A DNA stretch of 32,000 bases from Massilicoli timonensis (GTDB lineage: Bacteria > Bacillota_I > Bacilli_A > Erysipelotrichales > Erysipelotrichaceae): contig NZ_LT963434.1 in the NCBI RefSeq assembly GCF_900199515.1, positions 1,562,180 to 1,594,179 of the forward strand, written 5' to 3'. Below, one piece after another: positions 8,387 to 17,015 of this stretch (within the stretch, counting starts at the first letter, position 1; each line of letters opens with the position of its first letter). The notes beneath the pieces are model-generated. The model was not told the DNA's origin, did no database searches, and saw only the letters and a program-made list of their open reading frames with translations. A program made the position numbers and the translations under genes.

Positions 8387-8542
8387 AATTTAGATTGGTA
8401 TCTATGATGCCATTTACAGGATTATGCGGATTGAAATCGTCGCCCAGCGCGCGTTTCATGAAGGATATGGTCATTTCGTAACGGTCTATCTGATTTTTTT
8501 GGTTGGGTGGATAGGCGTAGCCTACCTGAAAGGAGTTTTTTT

Positions 8543-9061
8543 ATGGAAAACTGGTATGTGATACAGGTGAGAAGCGGGCAAGAGGAGCGGATCTTACGCA
8601 AGTGCCGCCTTTTGATCGACCATGCGGTTTTACATGATTGCTTTCTGCCGAAATGCGAGCGAATGAAAAAGATACGCGGACATTGGGAAAAGGTGGAGGA
8701 GCTGTTGTTTCGGGGCTATGTTTTTTTGATCAGTGATGATGTGCAGGCGTTGTATCATGAATTGTATAAAATTGATGATCTGACAAAGCTGCTGGGAAAG
8801 CATGGGGAGGATATTTATCCGCTGTATGAAAAGGAAGTGGCGTTTTTGAAGTCATTTGGCAGGATGGAGCATTTGGTCGAGATGTCTGTCGGCTATATGG
8901 AGGGAGAACGGATCGTTGTTATGGAAGGACCTTTGATGGGGAAAGAGGGGATGATCTGCAAGGTGGATCGCCATAAGCGGATCGCTGTGATTGAAGTAGA
9001 AATGTTTGGGAAGACGACGACCGCGAAGGTCGGACTTGAGATAGTGGCGAAACGCACATGA
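8543..9061 (+). CDS. Specialised NusG-family paralog (LoaP-like transcription antiterminator)
   Basis: 172 aa from ATG 8543 (AGGAG at 8531-8535). NGN motifs WYVIQVRSGQE and LFRGYVFL. C-terminal KOW GERIVVMEGPLMGKEGMICKVD. It sits at the head of a polysaccharide operon rather than in a secE-nusG-rplK context. Confidence 0.8.
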   Translation: MENWYVIQVRSGQEERILRKCRLLIDHAVLHDCFLPKCERMKKIRGHWEKVEELLFRGYVFLISDDVQALYHELYKIDDLTKLLGKHGEDIYPLYEKEVAFLKSFGRMEHLVEMSVGYMEGERIVVMEGPLMGKEGMICKVDRHKRIAVIEVEMFGKTTTAKVGLEIVAKRT

Positions 9062-9130
9062 TATGGATTTAAGCAAATAACAGTAAAATGATATAAGAAA
9101 AGGATAATCGCATATTATCCATAGGTAAGG

Positions 9131-9160
9131 AAGCAGTTGAGAGATCAGCTGTTTTTATTA
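9131..9160 (+). terminator. Candidate intrinsic terminator between the NusG paralog and the first biosynthetic gene
   Basis: CAGTTGA-gaga-TCAGCTG (9134-9151; 7 bp including one G-U, GNRA-type loop) followed by TTTTTATTAT. It is preceded by a separate perfect hairpin GGATAAT-cgcat-ATTATCC (9102-9120). Free energy was not computed. Confidence 0.5.
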
Positions 9161-9179
9161 TGGGTTAGGAGGAAATAGA

Positions 9180-10397
9180 ATGGAAAGTAGAACGATCCCT
9201 TTCAGTCCGCCGGATATCAGTGAAGCGGAGATTGCGGAAGTAGCGGAAGCATTACGTTCCGGATGGATTACAACAGGACCGAAAACAAAAGAATTTGAAA
9301 GACAGATTTCTGCCTATGTCGGCACAGAAAAAACAGTATGCCTGAACAGCGCAACTGCCGCAATGGAATTAACCCTGCGTTTGCTTGGGATCGGACCGGG
9401 AGATGAAGTAATCGTACCTGCCTATACTTATACGGCATCTTGCTCTGTCATTTGTCATGTTGGTGCGACACCGGTCATGATAGATTGTGCAAAAGACAGT
9501 TTTGAGATGGATTATGAACAAATGGCAAAGCGGATCAATGAAAAGACCAAAATGATCATACCGGTTGATTTGGCGGGTATCGTTTGCGATTATCGGAAGA
9601 TCTTTCAGATCGTAGAGGATAAACGCGCTTTATTTCATGCGAATCATGCGCTGCAGGCAGCATTTAACAGAATTATCGTCATGGCTGATTGTGCACATGG
9701 ATTTGGGGCAATGCAGAGTGATGTAAAAGCAGGGAATATTGCGGACTTTACGTGTTATTCTTTCCACGCCGTGAAGAATTTAACAACAGCTGAAGGCGGC
9801 GCGGTCACATGGAAAACCATACCGACAATCAGCAATGATTTTATTTATCAGCAATTTCAGCTGTTATCTTTGCATGGACAAACAAAAGATGCCTTGCACA
9901 AAAATCAGTTAGGCGCATGGGAGTATGATATTGTTGCACCGGCCTATAAATGCAATATGACAGATATTATGGCTGCCATCGGATTAAAGCAGTTAGAGCG
10001 ATATGAGGATCTGTTGAAGCGTCGTCATAAAATAATCCAAATGTATGATACAGCCTTGAAAGATTTGCCGGTAAAAGTATTGACACACAGCAGCAATCAC
10101 CACCGTTCCAGCGGTCATCTGTATTTTGTCAGAATCGAGGGGATCGGTGAAGAAACACGAAATGAGATCATTACCTCTATGGCAGAGGCAGGCATCGCAT
10201 GTAATGTTCATTATAAACCGCTGCCGATGCTTACCGCTTATAAAAACTTAGGATTTTCCATTGCAGATTTTCCAAATGCTTATCATCAGTATGAAAATGA
10301 AATCACGTTGCCGTTGTATAGTAAATTAAGTGATGAAGATGTTGCCTATATTCTGCAATGCTTCAAAGAGAGCTTGGAGAAGCATCAATGTTGTTAA
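9180..10397 (+). CDS. DegT/DnrJ/EryC1-family PLP aminotransferase (PglE/EpsN/WcfR-like, sugar 4-aminotransferase type)
   Basis: 405 aa. N-terminus FSPPDISEAEIAEVAEALRSGWITTGPK. Putative PLP-lysine context YSFHAVKNLTTAEGG. AGGAGG SD. The 3-prime end overlaps the next gene. Confidence 0.85.
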   Translation: MESRTIPFSPPDISEAEIAEVAEALRSGWITTGPKTKEFERQISAYVGTEKTVCLNSATAAMELTLRLLGIGPGDEVIVPAYTYTASCSVICHVGATPVMIDCAKDSFEMDYEQMAKRINEKTKMIIPVDLAGIVCDYRKIFQIVEDKRALFHANHALQAAFNRIIVMADCAHGFGAMQSDVKAGNIADFTCYSFHAVKNLTTAEGGAVTWKTIPTISNDFIYQQFQLLSLHGQTKDALHKNQLGAWEYDIVAPAYKCNMTDIMAAIGLKQLERYEDLLKRRHKIIQMYDTALKDLPVKVLTHSSNHHRSSGHLYFVRIEGIGEETRNEIITSMAEAGIACNVHYKPLPMLTAYKNLGFSIADFPNAYHQYENEITLPLYSKLSDEDVAYILQCFKESLEKHQCC

Positions 10398-11074
10398 AAA
10401 AATGGGATGATCTTCCGGTCTTCATGAAAAATGATGAAGTAAGAAAATATTATGATGTGCTTTCTAAAAAACGCGTCCACTTATGGTTGAAGCGTTTATT
10501 TGATATAGCAGCATCTTTTATTTTGCTCATTTTGTTATCACCGGTTTTTTTGTTACTGGCTATATGGATCAAAATGGACAGTCGGGGATCAGTTTTTTAT
10601 CGACAGGAACGAGTAACGCAGTATGGGAAGACATTTCGGATCTTCAAGTTTCGAACAATGGTAACGAATGCTGATCAGATCGGTGCATTGATTACCGGTC
10701 AAAACGATACACGCATTACAAGGGTGGGGGCAAAGATCAGAAAATCCCGTTTGGATGAGATACCACAGTTGTTGAACATTTTACGTGGAGAAATGAGTTT
10801 TGTGGGGACGCGACCGGAAGTACAAAAATATGTTGATTGCTATTCTGATGAGATGAAAGCAACACTGCTGATGCCGGCCGGGGTTACGTCTTTAGCAAGT
10901 ATCAAGTACAAAGATGAGGATGCATTGTTGGAAGCGGGAAGCATGAAAGGCAAGACAATCGATGAAATATATACGAAAGAGATATTGCCACAGAAGATGA
11001 AATATAACTTGGAGTATTTAAGGGAGTTTTGTTTTGTAAAGGATTTGAGCTTATGTGTGAAAACGGTGGTGTAA
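10388..11074 (+). CDS. Small monotopic phosphoglycosyl (undecaprenyl-phosphate sugar) transferase, PglC/WcfS/EpsL-like
   Basis: Bacterial sugar transferase motifs KRLFDI, one re-entrant hydrophobic helix, FKFRTM and RLDEIPQLLNILRGEMSFVGTRPE. ATG 10388 lies after GGAGAAG and overlaps the aminotransferase stop by 10 nt. Confidence 0.85.
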   Translation: MLLKKWDDLPVFMKNDEVRKYYDVLSKKRVHLWLKRLFDIAASFILLILLSPVFLLLAIWIKMDSRGSVFYRQERVTQYGKTFRIFKFRTMVTNADQIGALITGQNDTRITRVGAKIRKSRLDEIPQLLNILRGEMSFVGTRPEVQKYVDCYSDEMKATLLMPAGVTSLASIKYKDEDALLEAGSMKGKTIDEIYTKEILPQKMKYNLEYLREFCFVKDLSLCVKTVV

Positions 11075-11078
11075 TACA

Positions 11079-12284
11079 ATGAAAGTATGGTTAATACAGG
11101 CAAATGAGCCAATACCGGCGGTAGATAAAAATCAAAGACCTTTTCGTACCGGTATGCTTGCAGAAGCATTACTGAAACAGGGGCATGAAGTGGTATGGTT
11201 TGCCGCAACATTTGATCACTACACAAAAACACAGCGATTTTCTGTTAATCAAATGGTGCAAATTGAGGACAATTTTCAAATTCAATTTTTATATGGCTGC
11301 CGTTATCAAAAAAATATTTCTTTACTGCGAATAAAAAATCATATCCAAATTGCTAAACAATTCAAACGCGTATCAAGGAAGCTGCAACAGCCAGATTTAA
11401 TTTATTGTTCATTCCCGCCAATCTATCTTGCCAAAAAAGCACTCAGTTACGCAAATCAAAAAAATATAAAATTTGTATTAGATGTTCGAGATTTATGGCC
11501 AGAAGTATTTGAACGAGCTGTTCCTAAAAAAATGTATTGGGTTACTAATCCGATTTTTCGCTACTTACATCGTTTAGTAAATCAATTATATCGTAATTCA
11601 TACGCTGTAAATGCTGTTTCGAATGAATGTGTTAATTACGTAATAGAAAAATCCGGAAGAAAAAAGAAAAAATATGATAGCGGCTATTTTATTGGCTTTC
11701 CGAATCGCTATCAATTAAGTGCAGAAGAGAGTTTGATAGCCAGAGCAGAAAAAGTACAAATTATTTTTGTAGGTACATTAAGTAATCAGATCAACTATGA
11801 TTTGATATGTAAGATAGCAATGAAACTTAAAAACATTGATTTTATTATTGGTGGCGATGGACCGCTTTCAGAAGATTTCCATACGTTGGCAAAAGATCTC
11901 CCTAATATCCAATTCAAAGGGTGGTTAGATGCAAATACAATTCAACAATATATGAAACAAGCATCCTTTGCGTTGATCCCATATTATGATACTTTTGATT
12001 TTCAATTAGGCGTAGGAAATAAATTTGCAGAAGCACTTTGCTATGCTTTACCACCGATTGTATTGTGCAATGGTGTAATGAAAAATCTTATATTAAATAA
12101 TCAATGTGGTGTTTTTGGAAAGGATGCCCATGATGTAGCATATCAAATCACTGAGCTTTTAGATGATGACATAAAATACCAAAATTATGTTAAAAATGCA
12201 CATCATCTTTATCAGGAACAATTTGATTCTAGCAAGATTTATCCAAATTTAGTAAATGATCTAGTGAAATTACAGGAGGAATAG
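11079..12284 (+). CDS. Glycosyltransferase (GT4/GT-B-like)
   Basis: 401 aa. The C-terminal half has a GT-B-like pattern (IIFVGTL..., GGDGP, ALIPY). The assignment rests on general architecture only. Confidence 0.6.
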   Translation: MKVWLIQANEPIPAVDKNQRPFRTGMLAEALLKQGHEVVWFAATFDHYTKTQRFSVNQMVQIEDNFQIQFLYGCRYQKNISLLRIKNHIQIAKQFKRVSRKLQQPDLIYCSFPPIYLAKKALSYANQKNIKFVLDVRDLWPEVFERAVPKKMYWVTNPIFRYLHRLVNQLYRNSYAVNAVSNECVNYVIEKSGRKKKKYDSGYFIGFPNRYQLSAEESLIARAEKVQIIFVGTLSNQINYDLICKIAMKLKNIDFIIGGDGPLSEDFHTLAKDLPNIQFKGWLDANTIQQYMKQASFALIPYYDTFDFQLGVGNKFAEALCYALPPIVLCNGVMKNLILNNQCGVFGKDAHDVAYQITELLDDDIKYQNYVKNAHHLYQEQFDSSKIYPNLVNDLVKLQEE

Positions 12285-12287
12285 ACA

Positions 12288-13367
12288 ATGAAATATGCAC
12301 TGATCGGATGTGGGAGAATATCCCCGAATCATATAGCAGCCGCAATACAAAACGAACTGGAAATCATCGCGGTATGCGATATCGTAAAAGAGAACATGGA
12401 AAACTTATTAAGCAGATTTACATATGATTTCCATCAAACAAACCGATATACAGATTATAAAGAGATGATCCTAAAGGAACAGCCGGACCTAGTCGCAATC
12501 GCAACAGAATCCGGCCTTCATGCAGAGATCGCTCTTTTTTGTATCGCTCATAAAGTCAATGTCATCATCGAAAAACCGATCGCTATGAATATGAAAGATG
12601 CACGCATGATCTGTGAAGCAGCGGAAAAGTATGATGTCGTTGTATGTGCGAACCATCAGAACCGCTTTAATAAATCCATTCAGAAGATCCATGAAGCAAT
12701 GGAAGAAAAGCGATTCGGGAAACTGTTTCATGCAGCTGCTCATGTGAGATGGAACCGCAATAAAGGTTATTATGATCAGGCCAAGTGGCGCGGTACTTGG
12801 GTAAATGACGGAGGCTGTCTGATGAACCAATGTATTCATAATGCCGATCTATTAAGATGGATGATGGGAGATGAAGTGGAAGAAGTCATGGCTTACACCG
12901 ATAATCTGAATCATGATTATATTCAGGCAGAAGATCTGGGATTGGCTGTGATCAAATTCAAGAACGGCGCTTATGGACTATTTGAAGGAACGGTCAATGT
13001 CTATCCGAAGAATTTGGAAGAAACGCTGTATATCTTTGGCAGTAAAGGGACAGTGAAAGCCGGAGGGAAATCAGTGAATATCATTGAAGAATGGGAATTT
13101 GCGGATGAAAAAGAGGATGCGGAAGCAGTAAAGCAAGCGCATAGTGAAAATCCGGAGAATGTCTATGGCTTCGGACATGATCCGTTATATGCAGATGTGA
13201 TCGGTGCGATCAAAGAACACCGTAAACCATTGGTAGATGCAGAAGCAGGGATGCGTGCATTGGAATTGATCTTGGCGATCTATGAATCGGCGGCGACGGG
13301 GAAAGCGGTAAAGCTGCCGTTAGGCGATATTGCTTCTACTGATTATGAAGGAAGATTCGGTGAATAA
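12288..13367 (+). CDS. Gfo/Idh/MocA-family NAD-dependent sugar oxidoreductase (WbpB/WlbA/GnnA-like)
   Basis: N-terminal Rossmann fold YALIGCGRISPNH and the EKP motif (VIIEKPIAMN). AGGAGG SD. Context with an aminotransferase and a sugar dehydrogenase. Confidence 0.75.
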   Translation: MKYALIGCGRISPNHIAAAIQNELEIIAVCDIVKENMENLLSRFTYDFHQTNRYTDYKEMILKEQPDLVAIATESGLHAEIALFCIAHKVNVIIEKPIAMNMKDARMICEAAEKYDVVVCANHQNRFNKSIQKIHEAMEEKRFGKLFHAAAHVRWNRNKGYYDQAKWRGTWVNDGGCLMNQCIHNADLLRWMMGDEVEEVMAYTDNLNHDYIQAEDLGLAVIKFKNGAYGLFEGTVNVYPKNLEETLYIFGSKGTVKAGGKSVNIIEEWEFADEKEDAEAVKQAHSENPENVYGFGHDPLYADVIGAIKEHRKPLVDAEAGMRALELILAIYESAATGKAVKLPLGDIASTDYEGRFGE

Positions 13368-13368
13368 G

Positions 13369-14076
13369 ATGAAGTTTACTTATGATGCTTACCGTAAACT
13401 GCTCTTAACTTTCAAAAACAACGGTTATCAGGATATTTTTTATCAGGAAGCGGATATGACAAAAAAGCAGGTCATTTTAAGACATGATATCGACAATTCG
13501 ATAGAAGATGCCTTAAAAATAGCGGAGATAGAGAAAGAAGTAGGTATGAAGAGTACCTATTTTGTATTGATCGGTACAGAATTTTATAATCTTTTTACAA
13601 AGCGTTCCAAAGAGATGATCGAAAAAATAATCGCCTATGGACATTCCGTGCAGTTACATTTTGATGTTACTAATTATGACATCAGCTCAAAAGAGGATCT
13701 GATCCAAATGATCGAGAAAGAAATGCGAATACTGGAGATGATTACGAAACAGCCGGTCCATGTCGTGTCTTTCCATAGACCTTTGCGAGAATATTTTAAT
13801 GAAACGATTTCAAATTCTTTCATTTCTGCTTATGACAAACAGTTTTTCAGCGACTTCAAGTATGTCAGCGATTCACGAAGAAACTGGAAAGATGACCCTT
13901 ATGAAGCAGTGGCGAATGGTTACCGACATATCCAGTGTTTGACACATGCTTTTTGGTATGATGAAAGGGAAAGGACCGCACATGACAAGATAGCGTTATT
14001 TAAGACAAAATGTGCAGATAAAACGCAAGAAGCATTATATCAAAACATAACCGATTTAGATGAATTGATAAAGTGA
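13369..14076 (+). CDS. Hypothetical protein, possibly a divergent polysaccharide-deacetylase-like beta/alpha-barrel
   Basis: 235 aa from ATG 13369. ILRHDIDNS...A..IAEIE...G.KSTYFVL resembles the RHDVD/STYF pattern I associate with divergent CE4-like deacetylases. This is a weak recollection and needs an HMM search. Confidence 0.35.
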   Translation: MKFTYDAYRKLLLTFKNNGYQDIFYQEADMTKKQVILRHDIDNSIEDALKIAEIEKEVGMKSTYFVLIGTEFYNLFTKRSKEMIEKIIAYGHSVQLHFDVTNYDISSKEDLIQMIEKEMRILEMITKQPVHVVSFHRPLREYFNETISNSFISAYDKQFFSDFKYVSDSRRNWKDDPYEAVANGYRHIQCLTHAFWYDERERTAHDKIALFKTKCADKTQEALYQNITDLDELIK

Positions 14077-14087
14077 GAAGGTGATGA

Positions 14088-14975
14088 ATGATGGATGCAT
14101 ATGATGTCCTAAACTATCTTAATGAAAAGAAAGTCCATTATCGGGTAAATGGATTAAAGCAGATTTTGATCACACAGTATTGTCCGTTAAAAGAATTAAA
14201 GCCGCATGCGATTACATGGTTGAAGCAATATGATGCGAAAATTACCGAAGCAAACCCGGAAACATTGTTCGTGTGCAAAATAGAAGATCATACAGAGCAT
14301 GGCGATAACGTCATCTTTGTAGAATCCTTAAAGAGAACGTTTTTTCGGATCATTCGTGATCTTTTCAACCTTGATGCAATGAAAGAAAGTAAGATCGAAC
14401 CAAGTGCAGTCGTGCTATCCAAACAAGTAGGAGATGCGGTTTATATCGGACATCATACTTTTATTGATAAGGAAGTAACGATCGGAGACGGTACGATCAT
14501 CATGCATAATGTTACCATTCAAGGAAAAGTCGTGATCGGTGATGACTGTTTGATCGAATCAGGTGCCGTGATCGGCGGCTGTGGGTTTGGTACTTATCTG
14601 GATGAAGAAGGACATCCTGAATTAGTGCCGCATCCGGCAGGTGTAACAATAGGCGATCATGTTAAGATCTTTGCCAATACATGCATCGTGAGAGGCTGTC
14701 TCTCTGATACGATCATCGAAGATCATGCAATGGTAGATAATCTGTGTCATATTGCACACAATGTTCATTTACATGAAAACGTACAGGTCGCGGCTTGTTC
14801 CGAGATTTCCGGCAGTGCAACGATAGGAAGAGACAGTTGGATTGCACCGGGGGTAACGATCTTAAACGGTATCCATGTTGGAGAAAATGTTTATACGGGA
14901 ATCGGAAGCAATCTGGTAAAAGATGTGCCGGACCATACTTTGGTATATGGGAATCCGGCAAAGTCGAAAAAATAG
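14088..14975 (+). CDS. LpxD-type left-handed beta-helix UDP-sugar N-acyltransferase, paralog 1
   Basis: A non-LbH N-terminal domain of about 100 aa, then hexapeptide repeats. IGGCGFGTY...VTIGDHVKIFANTCIVRGCLSDTIIEDHAMVDNLCHIAHNV aligns with E. coli LpxD IGSDGFGY...[41 protein letters not shown], including the catalytic His context. Confidence 0.7.
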   Translation: MMDAYDVLNYLNEKKVHYRVNGLKQILITQYCPLKELKPHAITWLKQYDAKITEANPETLFVCKIEDHTEHGDNVIFVESLKRTFFRIIRDLFNLDAMKESKIEPSAVVLSKQVGDAVYIGHHTFIDKEVTIGDGTIIMHNVTIQGKVVIGDDCLIESGAVIGGCGFGTYLDEEGHPELVPHPAGVTIGDHVKIFANTCIVRGCLSDTIIEDHAMVDNLCHIAHNVHLHENVQVAACSEISGSATIGRDSWIAPGVTILNGIHVGENVYTGIGSNLVKDVPDHTLVYGNPAKSKK

Positions 14976-14984
14976 GAGGTAGTT

Positions 14985-16127
14985 ATGCAATTCATAGACT
15001 TAAAAGCACAATATGAAGTGTTAAAAGATGAGATCGATGCAAATATACAAAGTGTATTGGATTCAGGGCAATACATGATGGGAGATCATGTAAAACAATT
15101 GGAAAAAGAATTAGCGGAATATGTCGGAACAAAGCATTGTATTACCTGTGCAAACGGGACCGATGCCTTACAGCTTGCTTTGATGGTCTGGAACATCAAA
15201 GCAGGAGATGCGGTATTCGTTCCGAGCTTTACCTTTTATTCTACTGCCGAGGTCGTATCGCTTCTAGGCGCTACACCGATCTTTGTAGATACCAATCCGA
15301 GAACCTTTAATATTGATACAGTAAAATTAGATCAGGCGATCCAAAAAGTAAAACAGGAAGGGAAATTAACACCGAAGGTCATCATTCCTGTCGATCTGTT
15401 TGGTCAACCGGCTGATTATGAAAGCATCAGACGAATTGCCAATAAACATAAGCTGTATGTATTGGAAGATGGTGCACAGGGATTTGGCGGAACGATCGAT
15501 GGAAAGAAAGCATGTTCATTCGGCGATATTTCCACTACCTCTTTCTTCCCGGCAAAACCGCTTGGCTGTTATGGAGATGGCGGAGCGCTCTTTACGGATT
15601 CAGATGAATACTATGAGTTGCTTACTTCTTTGCGTGTCCATGGGAAAGGAACATTCAAGTATGACAATGTACGAGTGGGAATGAACTCACGTTTAGATAC
15701 ATTACAAGCAGGTATCTTGTTACCGAAGTTAAAGGCATTCAAAGACCATGAGATGGAAAAGCGCAATCTCTTTGCGAAGCAGTATACGATGCTGTTAAAA
15801 GAGCATGTCATCACTCCATATGTGCCGGAAGGGATGGAGTCCAGCTGGGCGCAGTACACGATCCTGCTTCGATCAGAAGAGGAGCGCACCTTCATACAAG
15901 AGCGATTGAAGAAAAAACAGATTCCGACAATGATCTATTATCCGAAGCCGCTTCATCAGCAGAGCGTCTATCAGGATTACGATTTTAACTTAGATGAGTT
16001 GAAAGAATGCGAGCATGTGGCAAAGGTTTGTTTGAGTTTGCCGATGCATCCATATTTAGATACAGAAACAGTGAATTATATTGCCAATAGTTTGATTGAA
16101 TGCTTAAAGGAGTATCGCCATGTTTAA
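14985..16127 (+). CDS. DegT/DnrJ/EryC1-family PLP aminotransferase (WbpE/WlbC/GnnB-like, sugar 3-aminotransferase type)
   Basis: 380 aa. MQFIDLKAQY start typical of this subfamily. TTSFFPAKPLGCYGDGGA (PLP-Lys context). AGGAGG SD. Confidence 0.85.
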   Translation: MQFIDLKAQYEVLKDEIDANIQSVLDSGQYMMGDHVKQLEKELAEYVGTKHCITCANGTDALQLALMVWNIKAGDAVFVPSFTFYSTAEVVSLLGATPIFVDTNPRTFNIDTVKLDQAIQKVKQEGKLTPKVIIPVDLFGQPADYESIRRIANKHKLYVLEDGAQGFGGTIDGKKACSFGDISTTSFFPAKPLGCYGDGGALFTDSDEYYELLTSLRVHGKGTFKYDNVRVGMNSRLDTLQAGILLPKLKAFKDHEMEKRNLFAKQYTMLLKEHVITPYVPEGMESSWAQYTILLRSEEERTFIQERLKKKQIPTMIYYPKPLHQQSVYQDYDFNLDELKECEHVAKVCLSLPMHPYLDTETVNYIANSLIECLKEYRHV

Positions 16128-17010
16128 GTTATCGGAATTATTTGAAGAAGTCCATCAAGATGGGTGCTTTGAAGTATTAGGAATTCTAGATTCCAAAACA
16201 TCAAGACCGATGCTGACCTTTATTGAAAGCGAAAAGCATATCGATCAGCTCATGCAGAAAAATAATGTTACCTGCGTCATCACGAATGAGGAAACATACC
16301 ACAGTCTTCCAAAAGAACATACTTTCGGTGTTGTTATCAGCAATGATCCCCGTAATACTTTTTTTCGCCTGCATAATTCTTTAAGTATAGATGCGTGCTA
16401 TAAAAGAGAACAATTCCCAACTAAGATCGGAACAGATTGTCAGATATCGCCGCTTTCCTGTATCGCAGAACATAACGTTGTGATCGGCAATCATGTCAAG
16501 ATCGAAGAATTTGTTTCTATCAAAGAAAATGTTGTGATCGGAGATAACTGCATGATTCGCAGCGGCACTGTTATCGGCGGATGTGGCTTTGAATTCAAGA
16601 AAGATGGCGATGCACAGTATCGGGTCGAGCATTTAGGCGGTGTTATCATCGGTCATGACGTTGAGATCCAGCATAACTGTGCGATCGATAGAGCCGTATA
16701 TCCGTGGGATGATACGAAGATCGGTGATTATTCAAAATTGGATAATCTGATCCATATCGGACATGCAGCTAAAATAGGGAATAATGTCATGATGCCGGCC
16801 TTATCAGTGATCGGCGGCAGAACGGAAATAAAAGATCACGCCTGGATCGGAATCGGTAGTGTGATCAGGAATGGATTAGTAATTGGCACGCATGCCAGGA
16901 CCAATATGGGAGCAGTGGTAACAAAGGATGTTGCAGATCATCAAGCTGTTACAGGCAATTTTGCAATTGAGCATAAGAAGTTTATAGAAAAGCTAAAAAA
17001 GGAGAATTGA
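16120..17010 (+). CDS. LpxD-type left-handed beta-helix UDP-sugar N-acyltransferase, paralog 2
   Basis: Same architecture as 14088-14975. IGGCGFEF...VIIGHDVEIQHNCAIDRAVYPWDDTKIGDYSKLDNLIHIGHAAKIG. The start ATG overlaps the aminotransferase stop (ATGTTTAA). Confidence 0.7.
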   Translation: MFKLSELFEEVHQDGCFEVLGILDSKTSRPMLTFIESEKHIDQLMQKNNVTCVITNEETYHSLPKEHTFGVVISNDPRNTFFRLHNSLSIDACYKREQFPTKIGTDCQISPLSCIAEHNVVIGNHVKIEEFVSIKENVVIGDNCMIRSGTVIGGCGFEFKKDGDAQYRVEHLGGVIIGHDVEIQHNCAIDRAVYPWDDTKIGDYSKLDNLIHIGHAAKIGNNVMMPALSVIGGRTEIKDHAWIGIGSVIRNGLVIGTHARTNMGAVVTKDVADHQAVTGNFAIEHKKFIEKLKKEN

Positions 17011-17015
17011 GGGAA

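Noticed and set aside
8507-8542. GTG start at 8507, which adds 12 aa to the NusG paralog.
   Set aside because: ATG 8543 has an AGGAG SD at ideal spacing and gives the canonical NGN start (MENWYVIQV). The extension would be translated through the leader hairpin.
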